This document shows, piece by piece, positions 36,758 through 45,415 of a stretch of 64,000 bases of DNA (position 1 is the stretch's first letter; each line of letters starts with the position of its first letter). The translations under genes and the position numbers were made by a program. The notes beneath the pieces are model-generated. The model was not told the origin of the DNA, did no database searches, and saw nothing but the letters and a program-made list of their open reading frames with translations. Source of the stretch: an uncultured Pelagibacteraceae bacterium (lineage in GTDB: Bacteria; Pseudomonadota; Alphaproteobacteria; Pelagibacterales; AG-422-B15); NCBI GenBank assembly GCA_902524795.1, contig CABZEU010000004.1:7380-71379 (forward strand), in the 5' to 3' direction.

Positions 36758-36810
36758 GCAATTGATTTGTAATCAATAGATTCGCGGTTCAAGTCCGTGT
36801 GGGGGCACCA
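36758..36810 (+). repeat. Partial tRNA-Thr duplicate (3' 53 nt including anticodon arm, T arm and CCA)
   Basis: GCAATTGATTTGTAATCAATAGATTCGCGGTTCAAGTCCGTGTGGGGGCACCA; one G>A difference from the intact tRNA; 5' acceptor strand and most of the D arm missing. Confidence 0.95.
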
Positions 36811-36822
36811 TTTAAAATTTAT

Positions 36823-37449
36823 CTAGTCTGTATAACCGTTAATTGACTTAGTCGTAGGACTTTTTGTAATAGATTTATTATCTTTTAGGGTTTTAAAAAA
36901 ATAATCACCAATCATGTTGGTTATGCCCCAATTATAATTTTCATTATGAAAGTGGTGGCTCATATGTGCATCACGAAGACTTTTGCCGACTTTAGTTATA
37001 GGTTTATAGTTTTTTGAATGGTGTGCTAAGTGGATCCACTCGTACCAAAGATGGTAAATCAGATGTCCGGTAAATGGGACGATAGCTGCACCAAAGCTCC
37101 AAAAAATTAATGAGTAAAACAAATAAACCTGACCATATGTATAGATTAAATATCTCCAAGGTGCGAACTGGAGTTTTATATTATCAGGATCTCGATGATG
37201 TCCATGATGAAGAACTATTTGGTATCTTCTATACCAACCATCTTTCTTTGTAAGCTCAACGTGTAACTGATATTTGTGAACATACCATTCATAAAATGGA
37301 GCAAGAAGTATTGGAATAAATATCCAGATTAAATAGTCATTTATAAGACCTGTATTAAATATATAAAATACGCCTAATACAGCCATCAGTATAAAGCCTA
37401 CTACGGTTGAGTGAGAAAAATAATTTTTGAATACAGTACTCATATTCAT
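36823..37449 (-). CDS. Fatty acid hydroxylase / sterol desaturase superfamily membrane di-iron enzyme
   Basis: His boxes EWYVHKYQLH, LHHGHH, YEWIHLAHH, HMSHH plus TM helices. Confidence 0.85.
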   Translation of the reverse strand: MNMSTVFKNYFSHSTVVGFILMAVLGVFYIFNTGLINDYLIWIFIPILLAPFYEWYVHKYQLHVELTKKDGWYRRYQIVLHHGHHRDPDNIKLQFAPWRYLIYTYGQVYLFYSLIFWSFGAAIVPFTGHLIYHLWYEWIHLAHHSKNYKPITKVGKSLRDAHMSHHFHNENYNWGITNMIGDYFFKTLKDNKSITKSPTTKSINGYTD

Positions 37450-37453
37450 ATTA

Positions 37454-37481
37454 TATAGGACGGAATTTCTTCCGTCCTATA
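37454..37481. promoter_or_regulatory. Perfect 12-bp hairpin between fdh and the hydroxylase gene
   Basis: Minus strand TATAGGACGGAA-GAAA-TTCCGTCCTATA; no downstream U-tract on either strand. Confidence 0.55.
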
Positions 37482-37491
37482 GAAAAAGTAA

Positions 37492-38691
37492 TTATTTTTT
37501 TTGGTACTTCGCCGCTTCTTCAGAGCCGCCTGTTGCAGTACCTTTACTGTAGGAGTGAGCCCCCATGCCAGCTAGTTCGCCATTTTGAACAATAAGATAC
37601 GGATCTCTTATAGGTGATCCGTCAAAGAAACACTCAAGGATTTCTCTTACACCTGCAGCATATCTTGCTTGTGCAGATAGCGACGTTCCTGAGGTATGTG
37701 GAGTCATCCCATGATGAGGCATCGTTCTCCATACATGATCATTTGGTGCTGGTTGAGGAAACCATACATCTCCTGCATAACCACTGAGCTGACCAGACTC
37801 AAGTGCACGAGCAATTGCATCTTTATCGCAAATTTTACCTCTAGCAGTGTTTACAATGTATGCACCTCTTTTCATTTTACCTATTAATTCATCGTTAAAC
37901 ATATGCTCAGTTTCTGGGTGAAGTGGACAGTTAATTGTTACTACATCACATACCTTTACCATAGACTCAACTGACTCATGAAAAGTAAGGTTTAATTCTT
38001 TTTCAACTTCATCAGGGAGTTTATGTCGATCAAAGTAATGCATATGAACATCAAAATGTTTTAATTTTCTTAAAGCATCTAAACCAATACGTCCAGCTGC
38101 AACGGTGCCAACGTGCATACCTTCGAGATCGTAAGAACGTTGAACAGCGTCGGCAATATTCCATCCACCTTCATTAATAATTCTATGTTGATTGTGGTAA
38201 TCTCTGACTAAAGATAAAATCTGCATAACAATGTGCTCTGCAACCGATCTTGAGTTACAAAATGTTACCTCTACAACATCAACTTTACGATCCATTGCTG
38301 CTTGTAAATCAACATGATCTGATCCGATTCCTGCTGTAATGGCCATTTTAAGATTTGGAGCTGTCTCCATCTTTTCCCTTGTTAGATAGTAGGGAAAAAA
38401 GGGTTGAGATATAACTACATCTGCATCAACTAATTCTTTATCGGCTTGACAGCCATCGCCATCTTTATCAGATGTAACAACGAGTGTGTGTCCGGCATCT
38501 TCAAGAAACTTCCTAAGACCAAGCTCACCTGATACACAACCTAATAATTCTCCAGGTGTAAAATCTATTGCTTTAGGTGATGGGAGAGTCATACCATCGG
38601 GATATTTATCTAATTTTGGGATGTCGTCTAACGCATACTTTGATGGCATCCCACCTTTTGGGTCATCATATAAAACGCATAAAATTTTCAT
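37492..38691 (-). CDS. fdh: NAD-dependent formate dehydrogenase (metal-independent, D-2-hydroxyacid dehydrogenase family)
   Basis: LLGCVSGELGLRKFLE, TAGIGSDHVDL, AAGRIG, FDRH, NTARG, DVWFPQPAP, MTPHTSG, GAHSY; AGGAGA Shine-Dalgarno. Confidence 0.95.
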   Translation of the reverse strand: MKILCVLYDDPKGGMPSKYALDDIPKLDKYPDGMTLPSPKAIDFTPGELLGCVSGELGLRKFLEDAGHTLVVTSDKDGDGCQADKELVDADVVISQPFFPYYLTREKMETAPNLKMAITAGIGSDHVDLQAAMDRKVDVVEVTFCNSRSVAEHIVMQILSLVRDYHNQHRIINEGGWNIADAVQRSYDLEGMHVGTVAAGRIGLDALRKLKHFDVHMHYFDRHKLPDEVEKELNLTFHESVESMVKVCDVVTINCPLHPETEHMFNDELIGKMKRGAYIVNTARGKICDKDAIARALESGQLSGYAGDVWFPQPAPNDHVWRTMPHHGMTPHTSGTSLSAQARYAAGVREILECFFDGSPIRDPYLIVQNGELAGMGAHSYSKGTATGGSEEAAKYQKK

Positions 38692-38780
38692 TACTTTCTC
38701 CTATTTAATAATCTTGAATATTCAATTTTTCGAAAAAGACTATGTCTCTAATTAATGATGACGTCAATTATAATTCGTTT

Positions 38781-39530
38781 CTAATTCATAAAAGACGGAT
38801 CTAATTTTTCCATCTTTCTTCTGACTGCGGGCCATAAAAGTGCCCCTGCCATGCCTTGAGTAGCTTCACCTTGCTGTCTAGTAGTTTCAATTGCCTCAGG
38901 TGATGGATTATTTAACTCTAATTTACCAGCCATTGCACGAACTTGGTAAGTACATGCTCTTTCTAAAAAGTAGATATAAGTAAAAGCATCGGCAACATTT
39001 TTACCTGCAGCTAAAGTTCCGTGATTACGTAAAATCATTAAATTTTTGTCACCTAAATCTGCAACAAGTCTTTTTTTCTCATCCTCAAGTAGCGCAACTC
39101 CCTCATAATCATGATAAGCAATTTGGTTGCGCACAAGCATTCCAGTTTGTGCCAAGGGTAAAAGACCATCTTTCAAAGAGGCAACCGCGACACCATCATC
39201 TGAATGCAAATGAACAATACAATGAGCATCACTTCTTGCTTCATGAATTGCACTATGAATAATAAATCCTGCTGGATTAATAGGATTGTTAGTCTCACTT
39301 ATAATCTTACCATTAATGTCAACTTTTACGAGGTTTGAAGCTGTTATTTCGTCAAACAAAAATCCGTATGGGTTTATTAAAAAGTGATCTTCAGTACCTG
39401 GTACTCTTGCAGATATATGTGTAAATATTAAATCATCCCAACCAAAGTAAGGTATTGTTCTATAAAAGGCAGCAAGATCAACTCTTACATCCCATTCTTC
39501 TTTGGAAACTGAATTTTTTACGTCAACCAT
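38781..39530 (-). CDS. Class II aldolase/adducin family protein
   Basis: THISARVP, AGFIIHSAIH, VHLHS, ILRNHG (Zn-binding His). Confidence 0.9.
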   Translation of the reverse strand: MVDVKNSVSKEEWDVRVDLAAFYRTIPYFGWDDLIFTHISARVPGTEDHFLINPYGFLFDEITASNLVKVDINGKIISETNNPINPAGFIIHSAIHEARSDAHCIVHLHSDDGVAVASLKDGLLPLAQTGMLVRNQIAYHDYEGVALLEDEKKRLVADLGDKNLMILRNHGTLAAGKNVADAFTYIYFLERACTYQVRAMAGKLELNNPSPEAIETTRQQGEATQGMAGALLWPAVRRKMEKLDPSFMN

Positions 39531-41016
39531 TGGTTATTAGTCTTTCTATTGTTTTCTTCCAGCCGTCGTAAAATTGTTCGGCATGATCAATTGAAATTTT
39601 CGGCTCAAATATTTGATTAGTTTTCCATAATTTTTCAACGTCTGCAACATCTTTGTAAATGCCAGCAAACATTCCTGCCAAATATGCAGCTCCAATCGCA
39701 GTAGATTCTTGGTTCGCTGGTCTCTCTATTTTAACCTGTAAAATATCAGACAAAAACTGCATCATCATGTTATTTCTTGTCATTCCTCCATCAACACGTA
39801 TTACAAATTTTTCTCTTTTAAAATTTGTGTCATTTAGAAGACATTCAAATAAATCTCTGGTTTGAAAACAAATAGATTTGAGAGCTGCCATCGCTATATC
39901 AGCTTTTGAGGTGTCTCTTGTAATACCTGAAATTTGACCTCTAATATCTGCTCTCCAATATGGTGCCCCTAGGCCAGTAAATGCTGGGACGAAATAAACA
40001 TCATTAGAACTTTTACTAGCTAAGTTCTCAACTTCAGATGCTTTATCAAAAAATTTAAGTTCATCACGCATCCATTGCACAACTGTTCCAGCATTAAATA
40101 TACTTCCTTCAATAGCGTAACTCTTATTTCCATTTATGTTATAAGCAATTGTGGAAAGAAGGTTTGATTGTGATTTTATAATATCAATTCCTGTATTCAT
40201 AAGTAAAAAGCAACCGGTACCATAAGTTGATTTCACCATACCTTCTCTGAAGCAAGACTGACCAACTGAAGCTGCTTGCTGATCGCCAGCTACTCCACCA
40301 ATTTGAATTTCATTGCCAAAAAAGTTAGAAGTAATTTTACCAAAATCATCAACTGAGCTTTTAACGCATGGAAGAATATTCTTTGGCAATGCAAATATAT
40401 CTAATAACTCTTCATCCCATTTATCTTCTACAATATTGTAGAGCATGGTTCTTGATGCGTTAGTTACATCGGTTGAGTGCTCTGATCCTTTTGTAAAATT
40501 CCAGATCAACCAAGTATCGATTGTACCAACTAATAGATTACCTTTACTGAGACTTTCCTTTGCTTCCTTAATATTTTCTATAATCCATTTTATTTTTGTA
40601 GCAGAAAAATATGGATCAATAACTAATCCTGTTTTCGATTGGATGGTGTTTATAAGATTTTTTTCTTTGAGTTCGTTACAATAATTTTCTGTACGTCTAT
40701 CCTGCCAGACAATAGCATTGTAAACTGGTTTACCAGTCAATTTATCCCAAGCAACGATTGTTTCTCTTTGATTAGTAATGCCTGCTACGGTTATATCTTG
40801 CGCATTAATTTTAAGATCTTCTAACACTTTCTTAATTGCATCAGTTGTTGAATTTATAATTTCAAGTGGATTATGTTCAACCCATCCATTTTCTGGATAA
40901 TATTGTTTAAATTCAATATTTTTTTGAGCAAGTATTTCCCCAATTTCGTTCAAAATTAAAGCTCTTGAACTAGTTGTCCCTTGATCTATTGAGAGAATAT
41001 AACCACTTAATGACAT
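39523..41016 (-). CDS. glpK: Glycerol kinase
   Basis: IDQGTTSSRA, GITNQRET, VWQDRRT, DPYFSATK, GDQQAA, TYGTGCF, PAFTGLGAPYW. Confidence 0.93.
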   Translation of the reverse strand: MSLSGYILSIDQGTTSSRALILNEIGEILAQKNIEFKQYYPENGWVEHNPLEIINSTTDAIKKVLEDLKINAQDITVAGITNQRETIVAWDKLTGKPVYNAIVWQDRRTENYCNELKEKNLINTIQSKTGLVIDPYFSATKIKWIIENIKEAKESLSKGNLLVGTIDTWLIWNFTKGSEHSTDVTNASRTMLYNIVEDKWDEELLDIFALPKNILPCVKSSVDDFGKITSNFFGNEIQIGGVAGDQQAASVGQSCFREGMVKSTYGTGCFLLMNTGIDIIKSQSNLLSTIAYNINGNKSYAIEGSIFNAGTVVQWMRDELKFFDKASEVENLASKSSNDVYFVPAFTGLGAPYWRADIRGQISGITRDTSKADIAMAALKSICFQTRDLFECLLNDTNFKREKFVIRVDGGMTRNNMMMQFLSDILQVKIERPANQESTAIGAAYLAGMFAGIYKDVADVEKLWKTNQIFEPKISIDHAEQFYDGWKKTIERLITNG

Positions 41017-41095
41017 ATGTCCTTATTAATAAATTTTGATGTTCAATTAATGAGTATTTTAAGATAAAGAATTACTTTTTAGTAGGCAAATTAAT

Positions 41096-41863
41096 ATGAA
41101 GTTGAATAAACCAGTCTTTTTAGCGTCTAGCAATAATGAAGCTATCGAACAGAAAAAGATTTTAGAAGAGCAGTACGGTAAAAACTCATTAAATAATGCA
41201 AATGTTATTGTAGTATTAGGTGGTGATGGATTTATGCTTGAAGCTATAAAAAGTCATATGTCGCAAAATTTACCTCTCTTTGGTCTAAATTATGGTAGCG
41301 TTGGCTTTCTAATGAACTCTTCAAATCAAAGCGATTTGTTAGACAGAGTCAATCAATCTCAATCTATTAAAATATCTCCACTTATAATGAAAGCAATTGG
41401 CGTTAATGATTCAATTCATGAAGCAATTGCTATTAATGAAGTTTCATTGCTTAGAGAAACTCACCAAGCTTCCAAAATAAAAATTTCAGTTGATGGTAAA
41501 GTAAGGTTAGATGAACTAATATGTGACGGTGTGTTAATATCTACTCCATCTGGAAGCACTGCTTATAATTTATCTGCACATGGGCCAATACTTCCAATTA
41601 ATGCGGATGTTCTCGCATTAACCCCTATCAGCGCTTTTCGCCCTAGAAGATGGAAAGGTGCAATATTAAACGATGGATCAAATATAAAATTTGATATTAT
41701 AGAAAGTAAAAAAAGACCAGTTAGTGCTGTTGCAGATAGTACTGAATTTCGAGATATCAAATCTGTCGATGTTCATCAAAGTAAAAATAAAGTTGTCGAG
41801 TTACTTTTTGATCAAGATCATTCATTTGATGAAAGAATTCTAAATGAACAATTTAAGTTCTAA
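41096..41863 (+). CDS. nadK: NAD kinase
   Basis: LGGDG, GSVGFL, AINEV, DGVLISTPSGSTAYNLSA. Confidence 0.93.
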   Translation: MKLNKPVFLASSNNEAIEQKKILEEQYGKNSLNNANVIVVLGGDGFMLEAIKSHMSQNLPLFGLNYGSVGFLMNSSNQSDLLDRVNQSQSIKISPLIMKAIGVNDSIHEAIAINEVSLLRETHQASKIKISVDGKVRLDELICDGVLISTPSGSTAYNLSAHGPILPINADVLALTPISAFRPRRWKGAILNDGSNIKFDIIESKKRPVSAVADSTEFRDIKSVDVHQSKNKVVELLFDQDHSFDERILNEQFKF

Positions 41864-41865
41864 AA

Positions 41866-42726
41866 CTAATCTGTAGAAATTATTGCCTGAAACGGGCCGC
41901 TTCCAAAAGTTAATTGGTTTGAGCCATCATTATATAAAGACATGCCCTCACCAACATTAAAAGACATCGTTAAAGTAGTTGTAGATTCTGTAAAATTAAC
42001 AGGGGTTGAGAAAGATAAGGAACCCGTTAGCTTATCTACATCCGCGTCATTTTCAGCTAAATGACCATTTGTATCAACTAAGAAACCGGTTATTGAAGCT
42101 GAGCTTCCATTTAAATTAGTAGCAGTAACATTTGCATTGAAGGTATCACCGAAACTAGTCAGAGTTTCTACAAATTTTCCTGGAGTGATTGCTGATGATC
42201 CACATGTAGAGCTGGCAGAAGGTCTAGTATTTGATGAACCATAATTTCCACTACCGGCAACAGAGGCGCAATAAATACCTGATGTACCATCTTGTCCAGT
42301 TACAGCCTCATCGAACTGCATTGCCATTGTAATACCGAAAGTATTATCAATAAGCATTACACCATGAGTATATGTTCCATTTGGTGGTCTCGACATAATA
42401 CCTGGAACATCTATTGTCTCATTTTGTTCAACAGCTAATCTAGCACCTGATGGGGACTCCCAATTTTTGTAACAATTACCTAGTCCCATGGCAGATGAAG
42501 TTGTAGGGGCTGTAGGCTCTGCCGTACAAAGGTACATCTCATAAGCAATAACTTCATAAGTATTTGGCGCGCTCGCACAATATCCATTATCAATTGGCTG
42601 CGTTTTATCAAAAACTCCACCAGTTATAGTGCATTCTGTAACATGACTATCTGCAGCTGAAAGTATAATAGATGCAAAGAAAGATAGAATTGATAATAAA
42701 AAGATTTTTTTAAAACGATAATTCAT
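41866..42726 (-). CDS. Secreted hypothetical protein, Thr/Ser/Gly-rich, six Cys
   Basis: Sec-type signal peptide (MNYRFKK plus hydrophobic stretch), beta-rich composition; co-oriented 3 bp after the barrel gene. Confidence 0.7.
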   Translation of the reverse strand: MNYRFKKIFLLSILSFFASIILSAADSHVTECTITGGVFDKTQPIDNGYCASAPNTYEVIAYEMYLCTAEPTAPTTSSAMGLGNCYKNWESPSGARLAVEQNETIDVPGIMSRPPNGTYTHGVMLIDNTFGITMAMQFDEAVTGQDGTSGIYCASVAGSGNYGSSNTRPSASSTCGSSAITPGKFVETLTSFGDTFNANVTATNLNGSSASITGFLVDTNGHLAENDADVDKLTGSLSFSTPVNFTESTTTLTMSFNVGEGMSLYNDGSNQLTFGSGPFQAIISTD

Positions 42727-42729
42727 AAT

Positions 42730-43617
42730 CTAGAAACCACTTGCCTTAACATTTAATGTTGTTGTTACAACTTTTATCTTATTTTCTCTTTTAACAGGTT
42801 CATACATTCTATCGGCAACAGATACGTACTCAATATAATTAGAAGAGTTATTTGAAAAAGAACCATTACTACCAAGAGGTATTACAAAACTTAGATTTGC
42901 AAATGAACCATCACCTGTTTGGTTATCATCGATATATCCAACTTCTAAATCAAGATTATTACTAATTATATTAAGACCATATTTTTCCCCTTCTACTTCA
43001 AATGAACCTGCGGCATTTTCAAAATCAAATAATCCTGCAAATAGTCTTGCATTTGCTGTAATTGGTAAATGATAATCAAGACGTGCGTCCCATCCGTCCA
43101 TCGCCTCTTCATCTTTTCCTGTCGAAACTGTTTCGATGCCAGATGTAGCGTCATAAATATTAGATCTCAAGTCAAACACACTACTTATAACCTCAAGACC
43201 CGCCCCATTTCTCTGATGTGAGTCATCAAATGCATAATCAAAAAATATATTTAATCCAAATATAACTTTATCGTCATTTAGAAGAGTTCTGTGTCCTATA
43301 CCTAGATTAATTGTTTGATCATTATTATGTAGATTGAGGGAGTTTTGGTTAAAAATAGCACTATTGCCATACTCTGATATCATATTTACATTCGTAAGAG
43401 ATATAGTTGGCTTTAGATGCTCTTGCAAACCTAAGTTTATATCGAGGTACTTCACCCTACTATTTTCACTCAATAATGATGAAACACTTGTGCCTAGGCT
43501 ATTAGCTAATCCATTAAAATATGAAGTTACTCTATTTTCCAAATTAGAGGCATTTGAAATCCCAATTAACAAAAAAATACCAAAGATTGAGTAAATATAA
43601 GCCTTAAAATTTCTCAT
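42730..43617 (-). CDS. Inverse autotransporter (intimin/invasin-type) beta-barrel domain protein with no passenger
   Basis: Signal peptide; TINLGIGHR, GLNIFFDY, HQRNGAGLE, NIY, EAMDGWD; intimin-like linker DRMYEPVKRENKIKV; C-terminal Phe. Confidence 0.8.
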   Translation of the reverse strand: MRNFKAYIYSIFGIFLLIGISNASNLENRVTSYFNGLANSLGTSVSSLLSENSRVKYLDINLGLQEHLKPTISLTNVNMISEYGNSAIFNQNSLNLHNNDQTINLGIGHRTLLNDDKVIFGLNIFFDYAFDDSHQRNGAGLEVISSVFDLRSNIYDATSGIETVSTGKDEEAMDGWDARLDYHLPITANARLFAGLFDFENAAGSFEVEGEKYGLNIISNNLDLEVGYIDDNQTGDGSFANLSFVIPLGSNGSFSNNSSNYIEYVSVADRMYEPVKRENKIKVVTTTLNVKASGF

Positions 43618-43673
43618 AACTTGTTTATAACAAATTACGCGAAAATTTCACTTATAAATATTATCTGATTTTT

Positions 43674-43761
43674 TGGTGGCCTCACCCGGACTCGAACCGG
43701 GACGGGAATAAATCCCAAAGGATTTTAAGTCCTTTGCGTCTACCAATTCCGCCATGAGGCC
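43674..43761 (-). tRNA. tRNA-Leu (TAA)
   Basis: Reverse complement GGCCTCATGGCGGAATTGGTAGACGCAAAGGACTTAAAATCCTT, long variable arm, GGTTCGAGTCCGGGTGAGGCCACCA. Confidence 0.95.
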
Positions 43762-43820
43762 AATTGTTTTATTTTATAACTATTTATTTACTGAACTACT
43801 AGTTCTTTAGTGTTTTGAAT

Positions 43821-43849
43821 AAAAAAAAAGGGGCCCGAAGGCCCCTTTT
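43821..43849 (-). terminator. Rho-independent terminator of proteorhodopsin
   Basis: Minus strand AAAAGGGGCC-TTCG-GGCCCC-T9: UUCG tetraloop and U-tract. Confidence 0.9.
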
Positions 43850-43869
43850 ATTATCTGCTTTACAGAAAC

Positions 43870-44562
43870 TTAATTGCTGTCTGATACTGCAGCTACATAA
43901 ATAGCCATACCAAATGCAATTTTGTTAACAAAGTCAGCAAGGTTATAGATTAAGTTCAGTGAACCAGCGTCTACGCCACCACCAAAGTAACCTACTGCAT
44001 AACCTATTGGATAAATCGCCCAACCTACTGTAACGATCAATCTCAACGCGTTGAACGCAGCTTGACCAGCAGCGTTTCCACTACCAGCACTTGCTTTGCT
44101 TGCTTCGCCTGCAAAAACTTCATAGATGATGTATATCCATCCAGCCATTCCTATAGCGAAGGCTAGACCTACATTCATTGCTCCAATTTCACCTAAATAA
44201 CCACCAACCAACATTACTATTGATGCGATTAACAGTCTCCAGAATAAACCTGAAGCAACAGCAGTGATTGCTGCAAGAATTACATAGAACTCTACAATTT
44301 GCAGAGGCACCGTAATCAACCAGTCAACGTATCGAAGAACTGTTGGTGAGTCACCAGTCGCAACCCATACTTCTCTCATGTAGAAATAGTGCCACGCTGC
44401 AACACCAGTAACCAAACCAGCTACTGTGAGGGACGTCTTCCATTTAGCTGCTACTCTGTCTCTCTCAAGAAAAAAGAAAGCTGTAGCGGCAACCATGGCC
44501 ATAGAGATTAACCAAAACGATATGGCAACTTGATCTCCGGGATTTAGCATTAATACTTTCAT
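43870..44562 (-). CDS. Proteorhodopsin, blue-absorbing type (DTE proton pump)
   Basis: Seven TM helices; helix C RYVDWLITVPLQIVEF (D97/T101/Q105/E108 equivalents), His75 in WHY, retinal Lys in DFVNK. Confidence 0.96.
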   Translation of the reverse strand: MKVLMLNPGDQVAISFWLISMAMVAATAFFFLERDRVAAKWKTSLTVAGLVTGVAAWHYFYMREVWVATGDSPTVLRYVDWLITVPLQIVEFYVILAAITAVASGLFWRLLIASIVMLVGGYLGEIGAMNVGLAFAIGMAGWIYIIYEVFAGEASKASAGSGNAAGQAAFNALRLIVTVGWAIYPIGYAVGYFGGGVDAGSLNLIYNLADFVNKIAFGMAIYVAAVSDSN

Positions 44563-44686
44563 TATTATATTCCCCTTAATTTTATAAAATTAGGCAATTA
44601 TTATTGAGAAACTGGGTTAAGTAAAGTAGAAAAAACTAATAATATATAATTAAATCAATATTTTAGATGATTGTGGATAAAAATTA

Positions 44687-45409
44687 TTAATACTTAGTAT
44701 CATAATTTTTCATTAATTCCTTCAATTCTGACTCGCAATTTTTAAGTTTTGTCTCATCAGAAGAACGCATAACAACAGAAGTTCCAAAGCGATTGTCCTT
44801 ATTAAAAGGGTAGCTTCCTATTTCAACTTCAGAATATTTATTTTGCAGATCGGTTAAGGCGTCAGCAACATTGCTTTCGGGAGTAAAAACGTCAATTGAT
44901 TTAGACTTCACCACCTCACCAACAGTTAGGTGCTTTCTCGCCCCTTCTAACATGCCCTGCATAATGCTTGGGATTCCAGCTAATACAAATACATTGTCCA
45001 TTTTAAAACCAGGCGCTCTACTCACTGGATTCTCAATAAGCTCAGAACCTACTGGCATCTTGGTCATTTTCATTCTTGCATCAGTCAATTCGCCGTCTTT
45101 ATAGTATTCCTTTAAAATGCCTAAAGCTCCTGAATTGATCTCTAATTCAACTCCAAAAGCTTTTGCTATACACAAAGAAGTAATATCGTCATGTGTTGGC
45201 CCTATGCCGCCTGTCGTAAATACATAATCATAAGTTGATCTGAGGTAGTTTACCGTCTCTACAACTATTTCTTCCTCATCTCTAATTACCCTTACTTCTG
45301 CTAGTTGAATTCCTATTTCATTCAACCAATTTGCGAGATATGATAGATTCTTATCTTGCGTACGACCGGATAAAATTTCGTTACCAATAATTATAAGTGA
45401 TGCTTTCAT
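44687..45409 (-). CDS. CinA-N / molybdopterin-binding-domain protein
   Basis: IIGNEILSGRTQDKN, TTGGIGPTHDDIT, LAGIP, IGSYP. Confidence 0.85.
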   Translation of the reverse strand: MKASLIIIGNEILSGRTQDKNLSYLANWLNEIGIQLAEVRVIRDEEEIVVETVNYLRSTYDYVFTTGGIGPTHDDITSLCIAKAFGVELEINSGALGILKEYYKDGELTDARMKMTKMPVGSELIENPVSRAPGFKMDNVFVLAGIPSIMQGMLEGARKHLTVGEVVKSKSIDVFTPESNVADALTDLQNKYSEVEIGSYPFNKDNRFGTSVVMRSSDETKLKNCESELKELMKNYDTKY

Positions 45410-45415
45410 AAAACC

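Larger units (their letters stand above)
35976..36810. mobile_element. Single-gene micro-island inserted at tRNA-Thr, bounded by attL/attR-like direct repeats; no integrase
   Basis: 53-bp direct repeats at 35976-36028 and 36758-36810 (52/53 identical) enclosing one ORF. Confidence 0.8.

Noticed and set aside
36758-36810. Second functional tRNA-Thr
   Set aside because: It lacks the 5' acceptor strand and most of the D arm; the upstream sequence cannot pair with the 3' acceptor strand.
41864-43673. att-bounded island at tRNA-Leu containing the barrel/partner pair
   Set aside because: No copy of the tRNA-Leu 3' end was seen at the nadK boundary and there is no integrase, so mobility is unsupported.
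44672-44680. Perfect DnaA box (TTATCCACA, minus strand) in the AT-rich spacer upstream of proteorhodopsin, suggesting oriC
   Set aside because: It is a single box, and roughly one is expected by chance in an AT-rich 64-kb window. Ribosomal genes on both sides keep the same orientation and no origin-associated genes are nearby. A regulatory role cannot be excluded.
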